Shown here piece after piece: positions 1-12,469 of a stretch of 64,000 nucleotides of DNA; position 1 is the stretch's first letter; each line of letters starts with the position of its first letter. The position numbers and the translations under genes were made by a program. The stretch is taken from assembly GCF_001194135.2 (NCBI RefSeq), contig NC_068986.1:6597665-6661664 (forward strand). Reading direction: 5' to 3'. The stretch is from Octopus bimaculoides. Its lineage: Eukaryota. The notes beneath the pieces are model-generated. The model made no database searches, was not told where the DNA came from, and saw only the letters and a program-made list of their open reading frames with translations.

Positions 1-264
1 TTCTTGATTCAGTCCCACTGTGAAGTATCTTAGGCAATTGTTTTCTGCTATAGCCTTGGGTAGACTAAAACGTTGTGAGTGGATTTGGCAGAGGGAAACT
101 TAAAGAAGTTCATCATTATATACATAAACAACGGACATTAAATAATAATGATGATGATGATGATATATATATATATATTGTGTGGTAAGAAGCTTGCTTC
201 CCAACCACATGGTTTCAAGTTCACTCCCACTGTGTGGAAAGTGTCTTCTACTATAACTTGGGCA

Positions 265-297
<33 letters not shown>

Positions 298-385
298 GGA
301 GTCGAATAAATTTAATTTCAAATTGAAAACAACTGAAAGCTATGGAAACAAAAATTAACAATGAAAATCAAAAATTGATTCTTAC

Positions 386-571
386 AGTAATTTACTGTTC
401 CTTTCAAGATGTAAAAAGTAACGAGGGATCCAATATGTTCGAAGTCTTCGCAAGACATCATATTGAGTCTGGACAAAAATTGTATGACTCAGACTCACAT
501 TATTTACAGACTTTTGAATTTGGTCCTTAGCTTCTTTTGTCAGACTCATCTTGTATTTATCTTGAATATCT
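386..571 (-). CDS. RGS22: RGS22-like gene, coding exon (C-terminal half of an RGS domain); gene continues beyond the left edge
   Basis: Acceptor ...actccAG|A after a poly-T tract; donor CT|GTAAGA (alternative AACA|GTAAAT at 396). Encodes (R)DIQDKYKMSLTKEAKDQIQKSVNNVSLSHTIFVQTQYDVLRRLRTYWIPRYFLHLERNSKL, matching the RGS 'F..Q..V...L...W.PR.' end motif. Its phase-2 start completes the AG| codon of exon 1837-1985. Confidence 0.85.
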
Positions 572-594
572 CTGGAGTGTTGTTTCATAAATGG

Positions 595-627
<33 letters not shown>

Positions 628-872
628 AGAAAAATTATTCAAAGGTAACAAAAGAAAGAAAAAGAAAACATTTTAAATAGTTTCAGGCATATTTTTTAAG
701 TATATATAAGTTTTATTTTCTATTCACTAACCTATTTTTTACCTGACTACCTGTTGTTGTTGCTGTTGTTGTTGTTGTTTTTGTTGTTGTGTAGTAGTAG
801 TAGTAGTAGTAGTAGTAGTCGAAATAGTAATAGTAGCTAAGACCTATTTGAGCAATCCCATGGAATATAGAG

Positions 873-1118
873 TAGAGCCATGTGGCTTAGTGGTTAAGGT
901 GTTGGAATTTTGATTGTAAGATTGTGGTTTTGATTCCTGTACTGGACAACACATTGTGTTCTTGAGCAAAACACTTCATTTCATATTGCTCCAGTCCACT
1001 CAGCTGGCAAAAATGAGTAATCCTGTGATGGACTAGCATCCCATCCAGGTGGGGAACTTATACACCATGAAACCAGGACACCGACCCTTATGAGTCAACA
1101 TGACTCGAAAAGATAACT
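873..1118 (+). mobile_element. tRNA-derived SINE family C (V-SINE-like core); related copies at 24295-24530 and 45367-45632
   Basis: A-box GTGGCTTAGTGGTTAAG, B-box-like GGTTTTGATTCC, GTGTTCTTGAGCAAAACACTTCATTTC...CTCCAGTCCACTCAGCTG and GATGGACTAGCATCCCATCCAGG (V-domain-like, recalled). Confidence 0.65.
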
Positions 1119-1494
1119 TAGAACCTAGATGGAATGTAAGACATTGACCAAATAATCTTCCCATTTACATTTTGCTTCCACCTATCTGAAAAACCATACT
1201 GCACATTTTAACATGCATAATGAATTTGCATAGAGTGCAATGTGACAGTCTAGACATATTGTATTCTCTCAACTGCACAGTCTGTTTCTACATTGCCATC
1301 AGCTCAGGTAGTGACCATAGTGGAAGCTAGCAAAGAATTCAACGGTACATTTATTGTTGGTGACGTGTGCCCCAGCACTGTGTTTCAATCAAGTGAGGCT
1401 ATTCATATTGCAGCTGTTTCTGTGTGTATTTGTTCTTTTACGCTTGATCAAGTTGAGTGACATAGAGTGTATTGTTAAGGATGATGTTGCTGTA

Positions 1495-1558
1495 GTGTTT
1501 GTCTCCAGTCCCACTGTGTTTGTCTCCAGTCCCACTGTGTTTGTCTCCAGTCCCACTG
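1495..1558. repeat. 21-bp tandem repeat x3 at the start of a family A SINE 3' half
   Basis: GTGTTTGTCTCCAGTCCCACT x3. Confidence 0.9.
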
Positions 1559-1732
1559 CTGGAAAACTGGTGCTGGCTTGTTTATGTCCCCCCCATAAGT
1601 TAGCAGTTTAGTAAAAGAGACTGATTGAAGAATAAGTATCAGACTTAATAACCAAGTATTGGGGTTAGATTGGTCAACTAAACACATTAAGGCCATGCCC
1701 CAGCATGGCCTTAAGCTAAATGACTGAAACAA

Positions 1733-1774
<42 letters not shown>

Positions 1775-1836
1775 ACACACACACAAATTAATTATAATTA
1801 TTTAAAAAGAAATGTTATTACTCCATTCTCACAAAC

Positions 1837-1985
1837 CTGAACAGCTGGTTTCTTTTTTGAATGTTCACACTGTCAATGTACTCTTCCATTGTGTCCTTAA
1901 ATTCTTCACAATCAAGCCAGAAATTATATAAGTGTATACCAGCAGTGTGTGTCAAGAACTGCTTAAATGCTTTCATTCCTCTGTG
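1837..1985 (-). CDS. RGS22: RGS22-like gene, coding exon (N-terminal half of an RGS domain)
   Basis: ttattttgacAG|CAC acceptor, AG|GTTTGT donor, 149 nt (phase 0 to 2). Encodes HRGMKAFKQFLTHTAGIHLYNFWLDCEEFKDTMEEYIDSVNIQKRNQLF(R), the classic RGS 'G...F..FL....G...L.FWLDCE.FK' pattern. Not in the ORF track. Confidence 0.9.
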
Positions 1986-2864
1986 CTGTCAAAATAAATT
2001 AACATTGTAGCAGTTTCAGTGATTGTTGAAATAAAAAAAAAAGACTATATTCTGAAGGACAATGAGTCTTACATAGCATAACAATTTCAGGAAAAAATGT
2101 TCCGATCATCATCATTACCATTCTATGTTTGCTTTCCATGTTGACATGTTTAGGATGGTTGGACAGGATTCAACAGGTTAGAGGACCACATCATGTTTCA
2201 TTATTTCCTTTTTGGCATGGTTTTTATGGCTTGGTGCCCTTCCTAACCCCAGCCATTTATTCAGGACATTTTTTCATGGTCCCAACACAAGCAAGTAGCT
2301 ACAGAACAACCAAAGAAAGAGGAACACAAGTCCATAATATGATACCTTTTATAGTGACACACAATCCATGCCATCAAAATATCTTTATCATCACCAAATC
2401 AAACTTGTGTATCTTCAGGCAAAGGAATGAATGAAAAGATTTAATTACTGTTTGTATATCTGTTCAAAGTAAAAGATAACTGGAAAACTTGAAGCAATTG
2501 TAGAAAGAAGCAAAATTTGTCTTAAACAAACAATGATAATATGGACATTTGTTGTGGAAATATCAATTCGTACATACTGGTCAGCATACCATCAGAAAAA
2601 TGAGGAAAGAATATTTCTAAATGCAGATATGGCCTGTAAAAGCAGAAATCTGATTTTTGGAAAGAATGCTAAAATTGTGAAGAAATATATATTGCAGGAA
2701 CATTTCTCAAACACCAATTCACTGCATAGAAATTGAACCTGAATCACTGTATTCACCTAACAGAAGCAGGATGTTGTCAAATATTAATGACATCAACAAA
2801 GAACTGACCATTCAAATCAATAGACACAGTAGATAGATTTGGTGGATAGAAACTGAAAGAAGTT

Positions 2865-2920
<56 letters not shown>

Positions 2921-3684
2921 TGCATATGTATGTGGGTGAGTGGGTGTCTCCTTGAATTGATAGAGGGCAATAGTTGTAAATGGACACCACCATCATACAA
3001 GTGGTTTGGATTGTTTTCAGTCATCAGTGAAAATATATCCACCCACAAGGAAGTATTACCTTGCTTGAAAACAGGTGAGGGTTAGCAACAGGAAGAGCAT
3101 CTAGCCATAGAAAATCTCCCTCAATGAATTCCCTGTCCCACACACAAATATGGAAAAATGGATAATAAAAGGAGAATGCTGATGACAGATATAAGGATCA
3201 TGGGTTTATTTTGCAGTTATTTCAAGGACTTGAGTTTGAGCTGTAGTACTTGGCACATTCCAGTCATAATAGAGCAGATATTCATTGTCAATGGGAGTTT
3301 ACTCAGGTAAGTGATGAACTGGTAGGCTTATTAGGGTGTTGGTTACAGTGCCTTGCAGAATTCTTTCCTGCACTGATTTTAAATCCCGTACAGGTGAAAT
3401 TTGTTTTTTCATCCTTTTGAGTTTGATTAAGTACTATCATTGTGATGATGATGATGATGTCCATGCTTGTAGGGATTGGATAGAGATTATTGAGGCAGAT
3501 TTTTTTATGATAGGATGCCCTTCCTGTTGCCAACTCTTAGTTGTTTCCAAGCAAGGTAATATTTTCTCAAAGTGAGACATGTTTCCACAGAATATTAAAA
3601 ATGAATGACATTCATCTACAACCACACACAATATCAAGACAAGGAGATACAAACATAAACACACATACACCCCACACACACATA

Positions 3685-3851
3685 TACAATGGGCTTCTTT
3701 CAGTTTCTGTCTACCAAATCCACTTACAAGGTTTTAGTCAGTCTGAGGCTATAGTGGAAGTAGCAGAAGGCACTTGCCCAAGGTGCCACACAGTGGGACT
3801 GAACCTGGAACCATGTGGTTGGGAAGTAAACTTCTTATCACATAACCATGC
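3685..3851 (-). mobile_element. SINE family A, 5' half (other partial copies at 1-114, 178-263, 1562-1735, 8313-8467, 22880-23025, 41565-41690, 60290-60440)
   Basis: Shared CAGTTTC..TCTACCAAATCCACT..CAAGG and CACTTGCCCAAGGTGCC segments. Confidence 0.75.
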
Positions 3852-3854
3852 CCA

Positions 3855-3886
<32 letters not shown>

Positions 3887-3887
3887 C

Positions 3888-4870
3888 NNNNNNNNNNNNN
3901 NNNNNNNNNNNNNNNNNNNNNNNNNNNNNNNNNNNNNNNNNNNNNNNNNNNNNNNNNNNNNNNNNNNNNNNNNNNNNNNNNNNNNNNNNNNNNNNNNNNN
4001 NNNNNNNNNNNNNNNNNNNNNNNNNNNNNNNNNNNNNNNNNNNNNNNNNNNNNNNNNNNNNNNNNNNNNNNNNNNNNNNNNNNNNNNNNNNNNNNNNNNN
4101 NNNNNNNNNNNNNNNNNNNNNNNNNNNNNNNNNNNNNNNNNNNNNNNNNNNNNNNNNNNNNNNNNNNNNNNNNNNNNNNNNNNNNNNNNNNNNNNNNNNN
4201 NNNNNNNNNNNNNNNNNNNNNNNNNNNNNNNNNNNNNNNNNNNNNNNNNNNNNNNNNNNNNNNNNNNNNNNNNNNNNNNNNNNNNNNNNNNNNNNNNNNN
4301 NNNNNNNNNNNNNNNNNNNNNNNNNNNNNNNNNNNNNNNNNNNNNNNNNNNNNNNNNNNNNNNNNNNNNNNNNNNNNNNNNNNNNNNNNNNNNNNNNNNN
4401 NNNNNNNNNNNNNNNNNNNNNNNNNNNNNNNNNNNNNNNNNNNNNNNNNNNNNNNNNNNNNNNNNNNNNNNNNNNNNNNNNNNNNNNNNNNNNNNNNNNN
4501 NNNNNNNNNNNNNNNNNNNNNNNNNNNNNNNNNNNNNNNNNNNNNNNNNNNNNNNNNNNNNNNNNNNNNNNNNNNNNNNNNNNNNNNNNNNNNNNNNNNN
4601 NNNNNNNNNNNNNNNNNNNNNNNNNNNNNNNNNNNNNNNNNNNNNNNNNNNNNNNNNNNNNNNNNNNNNNNNNNNNNNNNNNNNNNNNNNNNNNNNNNNN
4701 NNNNNNNNNNNNNNNNNNNNNNNNNNNNNNNNNNNNNNNNNNNNNNNNNNNNNNNNNNNNNNNNNNNNNNNNNNNNNNNNNNNNNNNNNNNNNNNNNNNN
4801 NNNNNNNNNNNNNNNNNNNNNNNNNNNNNNNNNNNNNNNNNNNNNNNNNNNNNNNNNNNNNNNNNNNNNN
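3888..4870. other. Assembly gap (others: 6513-6682, 9472-9715, 29293-29302, 32704-33494, 35414-35567, 36532-36761, 37562-37571, 48836-48989, 49493-49527, 53282-53291, 54221-54611, 62731-62883)
   Basis: N-runs, mostly bordered by (TA)n/(CA)n tracts or young repeats. Confidence 1.
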
Positions 4871-5197
4871 NTTAAAATTTTCGAAAAACAAACCCAGCCA
4901 CATTACTTGGAAAAAAATAAACTTTATTGTGCTGGTTTTTCGTAAAATTTCGCGCATGGGAAAGGCAACAAAATCGCCCCTCCCCACTTTGTATGGAATA
5001 TTCGTATCTTAAAAAGTAATAATCGATTATCTCGGTAACCATGGGAGTTGGAGGGCAATAAAAATCTCCTGAACATGAGCGGACCATGCTGCCGCTCTGT
5101 GCTGAATTTCACGCGATTCCACTGCACCGTTCTCGAGTGAATCTGCCGACACTCAATCAATCAAGCAATCAAGAACACTGCAATTCATAGTATAGAT
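4871..5197 (+). mobile_element. 3' part of a young Helitron/Helentron-like non-autonomous element (5' part probably in the gap)
   Basis: CpG-rich. GAATTTCACGCGATTCC...GTTCTCGAGTGA segment, then a (CAAT)-type microsatellite and a terminal TAGTATAGAT, a layout recalled from Lep1/HINE-type elements. Confidence 0.4.
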
Positions 5198-6457
5198 GAT
5201 TTATTGAGATAGAAATTTAAATGCTGTTTAGCTAAGCTTCTTTGAAGAAAAATGCTGAACTTGTAATTAAAATGTTGTAAGTCTGGTGTAGTTGTTTAGG
5301 AAATTATTTATTTGAATGAGGTCAGAGATTCTTGAAAAATAGCAGTGCTTATATAAATTCATTCAAATAAGCTGTATCAGTAATCTTTTACCTTGTGACT
5401 CACAATCTTTCTTCTTCCTCAACATAAATGAGTTTGTGCATTATGAAAATTTATGTCGGTTGTTAAGAGTAATTTAATGATGCAATAACAAAAGCTACTT
5501 TAACGACACTGACACAATGTAGACCTATTTCTCAAATGTTATATACTGAAGAAACTTGATTTATATCAGGAGACATAACATAAACAAAAAATTCTTATTA
5601 AAAAAAAAAGCTGAAAAGAGTATCTAATTTCTTGACCAAATAAACAATGTTTGTTTTGATAGAAACCAATAATTACAAGAGCTATCTAACTTGATACAAA
5701 TGGATAAAGTATTATCTTAAGGTTATCAATTATTTATGTCATATACAAAGCTGTTGTAAAGCTTCCCACACTGAGATTTTTATGCAATATATATGACATA
5801 TAAAAAGAAATTACCAAAAGCAATGATATTTTTAATCAAACACAAGAAGTGCATGTCATGCATTTTGAGAATTTTATACTTTCAGTTGGACTCTACTGAT
5901 AAATATTTTTCTTTATTAGAACTCTCCTTACAAAAGCTTCCAGTGGAAATCAATTGCTGGCAACACTACAATGCAAGATCAAAAGAACAGTTATAGTGCA
6001 TGTGATTGGTGTTGAAATCTTCACATTAAGCAACACTTGGTAGGTAGTATGAATTAGGTTGACAATCAATAAAGTATCAGGACATTTGCTATGAGTTCAA
6101 ACATGTCTCATTGTACTTCTAAATAGGATAGTTAACTCTACTTCAAAGCAATTCTGTAGATCAACATATACTAACATTTGTAAAACAAAGTCTTGCTTTG
6201 GAATAAAACTTGGAAACAACAGTGGTGTTAAAGTTACTACAATTTAGTATTTTTTTTAAACACACATCACAGTTTTTTTAAGTTGCCATTATGATCTTGG
6301 ATTCATTAGTGTGTTCTTAACAATTGTTACATCCTCATAAAAGCTAATTTGCACATCAGTGTTTGATAACTGTTTAGAACTTGTTCAAAATGTTCATGCT
6401 GTATCAGCAACATAAATATTTAAAACAAATCATATTGTAGAGTTTCCAATATGTGTA

Positions 6458-6512
<55 letters not shown>

Positions 6513-6682
6513 NNNNNNNNNNNNNNNNNNNNNNNNNNNNNNNNNNNNNNNNNNNNNNNNNNNNNNNNNNNNNNNNNNNNNNNNNNNNNNNNNNNNNNNN
6601 NNNNNNNNNNNNNNNNNNNNNNNNNNNNNNNNNNNNNNNNNNNNNNNNNNNNNNNNNNNNNNNNNNNNNNNNNNNNNNNNNN

Positions 6683-6773
<91 letters not shown>

Positions 6774-7067
6774 TGATGCAATTTAACAAACTCTAACAAT
6801 GATTTAACAAAAATACTAAGCAGCACATTGTTTGATATTAGTGGTTAAGAAGTTCACTTCTCAATTACAAAACATCAGATCCAATTCCACAACACAGTGT
6901 CCCTGGCAAATGTCTTTTACAGCTTTACACTGACTCAAGCCTTGCAATGAAAATAGGTAAATGGAAATTGGGTGGAAGTTCATTCGATAGATTGCACCTG
7001 TAAATCAAAGGTACAGCCTTGACGCACATTCTGTCACTCTGATTCTATCTAATGAGTATATTGGTTA

Positions 7068-7277
7068 CAAACCTTGGCACAAGGCCAGCAACTTTGGGAG
7101 AAGGAGTAAGTCAATTACATCGACCCCAGTACTCAACTGGTACCTATTTTATCAAACCAGAAAGGATGAAAAGTAAAGTTGACTTCAGCAGAATTTGAAC
7201 TCAGAATGTAAAAATGAATGAAACACTGCTAAGCATTTTGCCCAGTAAGCTTATGATCCAGCCAGCTTGCTGCCTTA
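7068..7277 (-). mobile_element. SINE family B (further copies: 8905-9110+, 12095-12450+, 17500-17700+, 19278-19486-, 23300-23516-, 25052-25270+, 29585-29790-, 31735-31870-, 44375-44530+, 52275-52485-, 60010-60217-, 61570-61715+)
   Basis: Reverse complement core TGGTAC.TATTTTATC...AAAGGATGAAAAG.AAAGTTGAC...GAATTTGAACTCAGAATGT. Confidence 0.8.
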
Positions 7278-7644
7278 ATCTGATGATTATATTGAAGATA
7301 CACTTGTTTGTGGAATGCTTGATTGCTTACATATTAAATCAATGATCTGGTACAAATGGGTACTCAGTATCAAACTGATGGAGGCTAATTTTGTTTTTTT
7401 AAATTTCCATGATGAAGGGCTTGTAGTTCAAACACATTAGACCTTCTTCTTTTCCTCTCAGGAATTAAACATTTATTTAATCCACTATACTTCTCTTGGA
7501 TTATTTGCTGTTAGCTTAAACCTTCACTGATTTTCTCTCTTCCTGGAATTTACCAGTAAATTTGATATCTGTGGTGTGACATTGAGAACTTTTTTGATTA
7601 TATCTCTGATTTCATCCAGCAACAAATCTATAAAGGTTTTTCAG

Positions 7645-7960
7645 TATGTATGGAGACACACATACACCCCCCCCCCGCCACATTCACACACACACACACA
7701 CGCACAGATGCACACACACACACATACTCAAGCACACATACACACACAAGCACATAACACACACATACAAGCACACACACACACACACACACACAAGCAC
7801 ACATACATGCACAAACACACACACACATACAAGCACACACACACACACACACACTCAAACACACATACACAAGCACACATACATGCACACATACATGCAC
7901 ACACACATACAAGCACATACACATGCACACACACACACACACACACACACATGCATACAT
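7645..7960. repeat. Compound (CA)/(CATA) microsatellite; similar arrays at 29827-30135, 36865-37050 (GA), 45975-46460, 47750-47910, 49215-49330 (GATA), 21163-21325 (GAT/GGT/GTA), 41995-42150 (CAT)
   Basis: Simple repeats directly visible in the sequence. Confidence 0.95.
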
Positions 7961-8017
7961 TTCTACAGTAAATGTTTTTAATGTTCCTGTTGTGTCAGAT
8001 TATTGGTAATTTATTAA

Positions 8018-8237
8018 CCCTTTAGCATTCTTATTATTCCTTCTGATGTAATATTTATTTATTTACATTGTTTTGAATTAATCCTGCATTATCTTGTAAC
8101 TTTGAGATTTTGATGACATAACTTTTAATTTTTAGAATAATATTGTAGGGATGGTGTGAGAGGCCAGATCTGGCCAGTTTGAGCATACAACAGGGAGAAT
8201 ATTTTGGTCAGATATGGCTAGCTTAAATGCAAAAGGG
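8018..8237. mobile_element. piggyBac-like MITE
   Basis: TTAA-CCCTTTAGCATT ... AATGCAAAAGGG-TTAA: TTAA duplication, CCCTT termini, 11/12 TIR match. Confidence 0.7.
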
Positions 8238-9715
8238 TTAACCTTTATTGTCACTTAATCAGAGGAGGAAGGTCAATTTAGATGATGCTCCCCCTCTTTG
8301 CAGGTTATCTGACAGGCTTCCACACAGTTTCCATCAACCCAATTTTATTTATGCAGCTTTGACTAACTCGAGGCTGTAGTTGAAGATATTTGTCCAAAGT
8401 GCTGCACAGCAAGATGAAACCTGAAACCATGTCATTTCACAGTAAACTTGTTAACCTCACAACCATGGAACTTATCTCAATTCCATACAGAATGAATGTA
8501 GAATGGATGTAAGATTAGTATAAGGTTAATGTAGGATTAATGTATGATTAGTGTAGATTTTTATTTGTTTACTCATTCTTATCAAACTAACTTCCTTTGT
8601 AGGATCAATATCAGTAATATTACTTTAAACCTTTCTTTCATTTCTTTTATCGCTGGAAGACTGCCTAGACTAAGAACTCTGTCTTTATGGCTGTTTAATT
8701 TGGTTTGCATGCAACTCCTTTACAACGTTTTGAAATTTCGGTGACTTTGCCTTCTTTCTTAATGATGTACACAATACTTTGAAAATTTAAACCTAAACTG
8801 CATCAACCTCTTTTACTGATTGGTCAGTTAGTCACCATTATTGTTTTAGAGAATTATATAGGTCCTACACCAAACCTATTCTAATATTTTATACATGAGT
8901 TAAGCAAGCAGAATCTTTAGCACACTGGGCAAAATGCTTAGTGGTATTTCACCCATCTTTACATTCTGGGTTCTAGTTCTGCCAAGGTCGACATTACCTT
9001 TCATCCTTTTGGGGTTGATAAAATAAGCACCAGTTGAATACTGGGGTTGATATAATTGACTATCCTACTCACCAGAAATTGCTGACTTTGTGCCAAAATT
9101 TGAAACCAATATTATATAAATGAATCTTTTTGCTGTCTTTGATTGAGTATATACAATTTGGCAATGTCTATTTTTGGAGTCAATATTTTATTGTTGAAAG
9201 CAATTAGGTATGAGGCTGCACTCACAGACAAGAATGACCATGTAAATATGTTTCCTTGCTTTTATATTTAACTGTTTATATCTTACATATGTACAAAGGT
9301 GTACATATATCTGTAACAAGACATATGTATAGCCAAGTGCTTTATGGACTTGAAAACCTGGGTAATCCTATGAGACGGCCATTAATATCTTTATCCAAAT
9401 ACTCTACTGCTCTATAACTTAGAGTGTTTCTCTTTTGGATTTATGATTTACTGACGATATATATATATATANNNNNNNNNNNNNNNNNNNNNNNNNNNNN
9501 NNNNNNNNNNNNNNNNNNNNNNNNNNNNNNNNNNNNNNNNNNNNNNNNNNNNNNNNNNNNNNNNNNNNNNNNNNNNNNNNNNNNNNNNNNNNNNNNNNNN
9601 NNNNNNNNNNNNNNNNNNNNNNNNNNNNNNNNNNNNNNNNNNNNNNNNNNNNNNNNNNNNNNNNNNNNNNNNNNNNNNNNNNNNNNNNNNNNNNNNNNNN
9701 NNNNNNNNNNNNNNN

Positions 9716-9750
<35 letters not shown>

Positions 9751-10923
9751 CTGAAGAACATTTTTGTGCGTTTGTAGCTAATACTTGAAGACTTACAACA
9801 TAGAAGATGTAGAGAATGATCTCATTAAATTTGTCACATTGCTTATGTCCTACATTATTATAGAAATAAGAGAAGATAGAGCAGATAAATAGATAGATGG
9901 ATGGGTGTAAACATCAAAACACTAAGGTAATTAACCTTTATCATTCATGTATTTTTAGAGTACTATATAAGAACAAATAGAAGGAGGTGAGAGCACATCT
10001 CATGGAGCAAAGTAACTTTTTTACTCTAGAATGGGGTGGGGGGTCCTAATTCCCAGTTTATATAATCATGGGCAAAACTTTCTAGAACCTTTAATTGCAC
10101 ATTGGGGGAAAATTTACATAACCCTCTTTGATGTTCGCCATTGTTAGTTGATACACACACCAGTCAATGCTGACAGACCAATAAACATTTATGCAGGTGT
10201 TCTGTTCTGTAATGGGACTGGCCATGTCTTCTATGGGATATATGAGTAGACTGTGGCACATAGTTGGAAATTTAAGTGAGGTGGTTCAAATCTAGCCACA
10301 GTCTCACAACATCATTGACAAAATCTGAGAATTACACATCAACAATGTTGGAAGTATCTTAATATGTTCATATGAATGATACTTTGTGAATTTTAGCCTC
10401 TAGTACCCATATTAGGCTTAATGAGTATACTAAGCTCTCGTGAAAAAAAATCTCCTAATTTGTATTTGCATTAGCTTATCATTTTGATATTGTTTATTTA
10501 ACACCATAAAGGCACCCTTGTGCCAGTGACACGTAAAAGGCACCCCTATACTGATCACATATAAAAGGCACCTCCATATTGGTCACATATAAAAGGTACT
10601 CTTGTTGGTGACACATAAAAAGGCACCCAGTGCATTCTGTAGAGTGGTTGGCATTAGGAAGGGCATCCAGACATAGAAACAAAGCAAAAACAGACTGGAG
10701 CCCGATACAGCTCTCTGATTTATCAGCCTCAGTCAAACCATCTTACCCACACTAGCATGGAAAATGGACGTTAAATGATGATGATGGTGGTGTCCCCCAT
10801 TCTTAGGAATGGGGGACACCATTCTTGGATACTGAAAAAATCTGAAAAGAATGTTGTATTATAGGATTGAATTTAAAGAAAAAAAAAACAGAAAAAGAAA
10901 GCAATAATTAAAGAGATATTTAC

Positions 10924-11152
10924 CGATCCCATAATGTGTCTTTTCACATCATGGAGTGTCATTTGTAGGCGAGTTTCCATATTATGAATATCAACATCTG
11001 TTGTGGTATCATTACTGGTACCATTGTTAAAATCAATGAAAGGTTGAGCAGAATATTCATTTGCAGGTGTGCTATTGCCAAATATTTCATCAAACTGATT
11101 GTACCAATTGACCCTGAGCAAGTCCCTATAGCAGACTGGTGCTGATGATGTT
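10924..11152 (-). CDS. RGS22: RGS22-like gene, coding exon
   Basis: ttgtttggtttcattatAG|A acceptor, TCG|GTAAAT donor, 229 nt (phase 2 to 0). Encodes (R)TSSAPVCYRDLLRVNWYNQFDEIFG...ETRLQMTLHDVKRHIMGS. Joining to 1985 gives IMGSHRGMKAFKQFL, in register with RGS helix 1. An alternative acceptor at 11216 is also open. Confidence 0.75.
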
Positions 11153-12469
11153 CTATAATGAAACCAAACAATGTGATACCACCACACGAAACATTCAAAT
11201 AACTGAGTATCTTGATCTGTTAAAAATAGTAACTTATATCATACCTTATCATTTTTGATTATTTAATCCTATATAAGTGATACATAACAAAAGACAGGAT
11301 GGTCATAATTGGAACGAGTTTGATGATAGGCCTGATCAATCAGCGCCGACCCAACTTGATACAAACTTCTTGGTTTAAATTGATCTAAATTAAAACCTTC
11401 CATCAACATTTCATGTGTCTGAAAACCATCTTAATAAGGAGAAAGTTATTTTATTACATGATTCCTGCTTGGGGCAAAGTATCTCAAATGTTTATTTCTG
11501 AACACAAATATTGAGTCTTCATCTATGCCCCTATGATACACTCATACAACAAGCAAGGGGGATAACTCCAGCAAGATAAGTTGATAGAAAATTTTGGACA
11601 TTATAGCCGTACAATACCAGAAAAGATATGTTTACATACATTCTATATGGGCAATTACAAAATAATGAAGGAAGCAAATTTCCACAAAGTTTCTAGCAAT
11701 ACAAAATACTATTTTTGTAAGCTAGATTTTGCAAAAAAGTAATTATTTAATGTCATTAAGCACAAGTTGTTTTTTTTTATTATTTTATTGAAGAGAGGAA
11801 GACATGTTATTTGAGGATAATACGTAAATATATAAGAACTGGGTTTTAGATAAAATTAATAGTAGGGTGGGACAAATGAATGAACATAGCTAAAAGGGTT
11901 GAAGAAAGGTAAGTTATGCATTAAAAACAGAAGAAAAGAATAGAAGAAATTTCAGAGCTTGGAGATAAGATATAGTTAATTGGGTGGAGATTAAAGAGGT
12001 CCTCAATGTATAAAAATGGTGCAAAGAGACTCCTAATCTAAATAATTACACTGTATAGTGTATATATATTATATTTAGAGTGATTGTATTATATTTAGAG
12101 GCAATGGACAAAGTGCTTTACAATATCTAGTTATGGCTCTTTATATACTGAGTTCAAATCCTGCTGAGGCGAACTTTACCTTTTATCCTTTAAGGACTGA
12201 TAAACTAAGGTATTGTTCAAGTACTGGGATTAAAATAATTGGCTATACTCTTTCCCAAAATTTGAGGCCTTTTATATATTTTAAAAATCAATATTTAGGA
12301 AAACAAAATTGGTGGATGGGCAGAATTGCTAGAGTATCTGATCAAATGCATTGTGGTATTAAGTTATGACCCTTTACATACTGAGTTCAAATCGTGTCAA
12401 AATCAACTTTGCCTTTCATTCTTCCAGGGCCAATAAAATAAAATAAAGCAACACCATAAGCTCCAGTCC

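Noticed and set aside
2430-2740. Unique-looking segment with a 67-aa ORF
   Set aside because: No recognisable domain or splice structure; possibly decayed TE sequence.
3541-4987. Long ORFs spanning N-runs (also 6404-6826, 9424-9777, 32356-33559, 35314-35649, 36425-36855, 62599-62995)
   Set aside because: They are open only because Ns translate as X; these are assembly gaps, not coding sequence.
7576-7981. His/Thr- or Cys/Val-rich ORFs (also 29798-30252, 45859-46643, 53153-53508, 36777-37059, 21085-21387, 41894-42227)
   Set aside because: Translations of (CA)n, (TA)n, (GA)n and (CAT)n microsatellites; no splice or homology support.
8631-8790. Minus-strand peptide-like stretch MQTKLNSHKDRVLSLGSLPAIKEMKER ending at AG|GTTTAA
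   Set aside because: All three frames contain stops between the plausible acceptors and the donor, and the only phase-compatible acceptor lacks a pyrimidine tract. The gene joins well without it.
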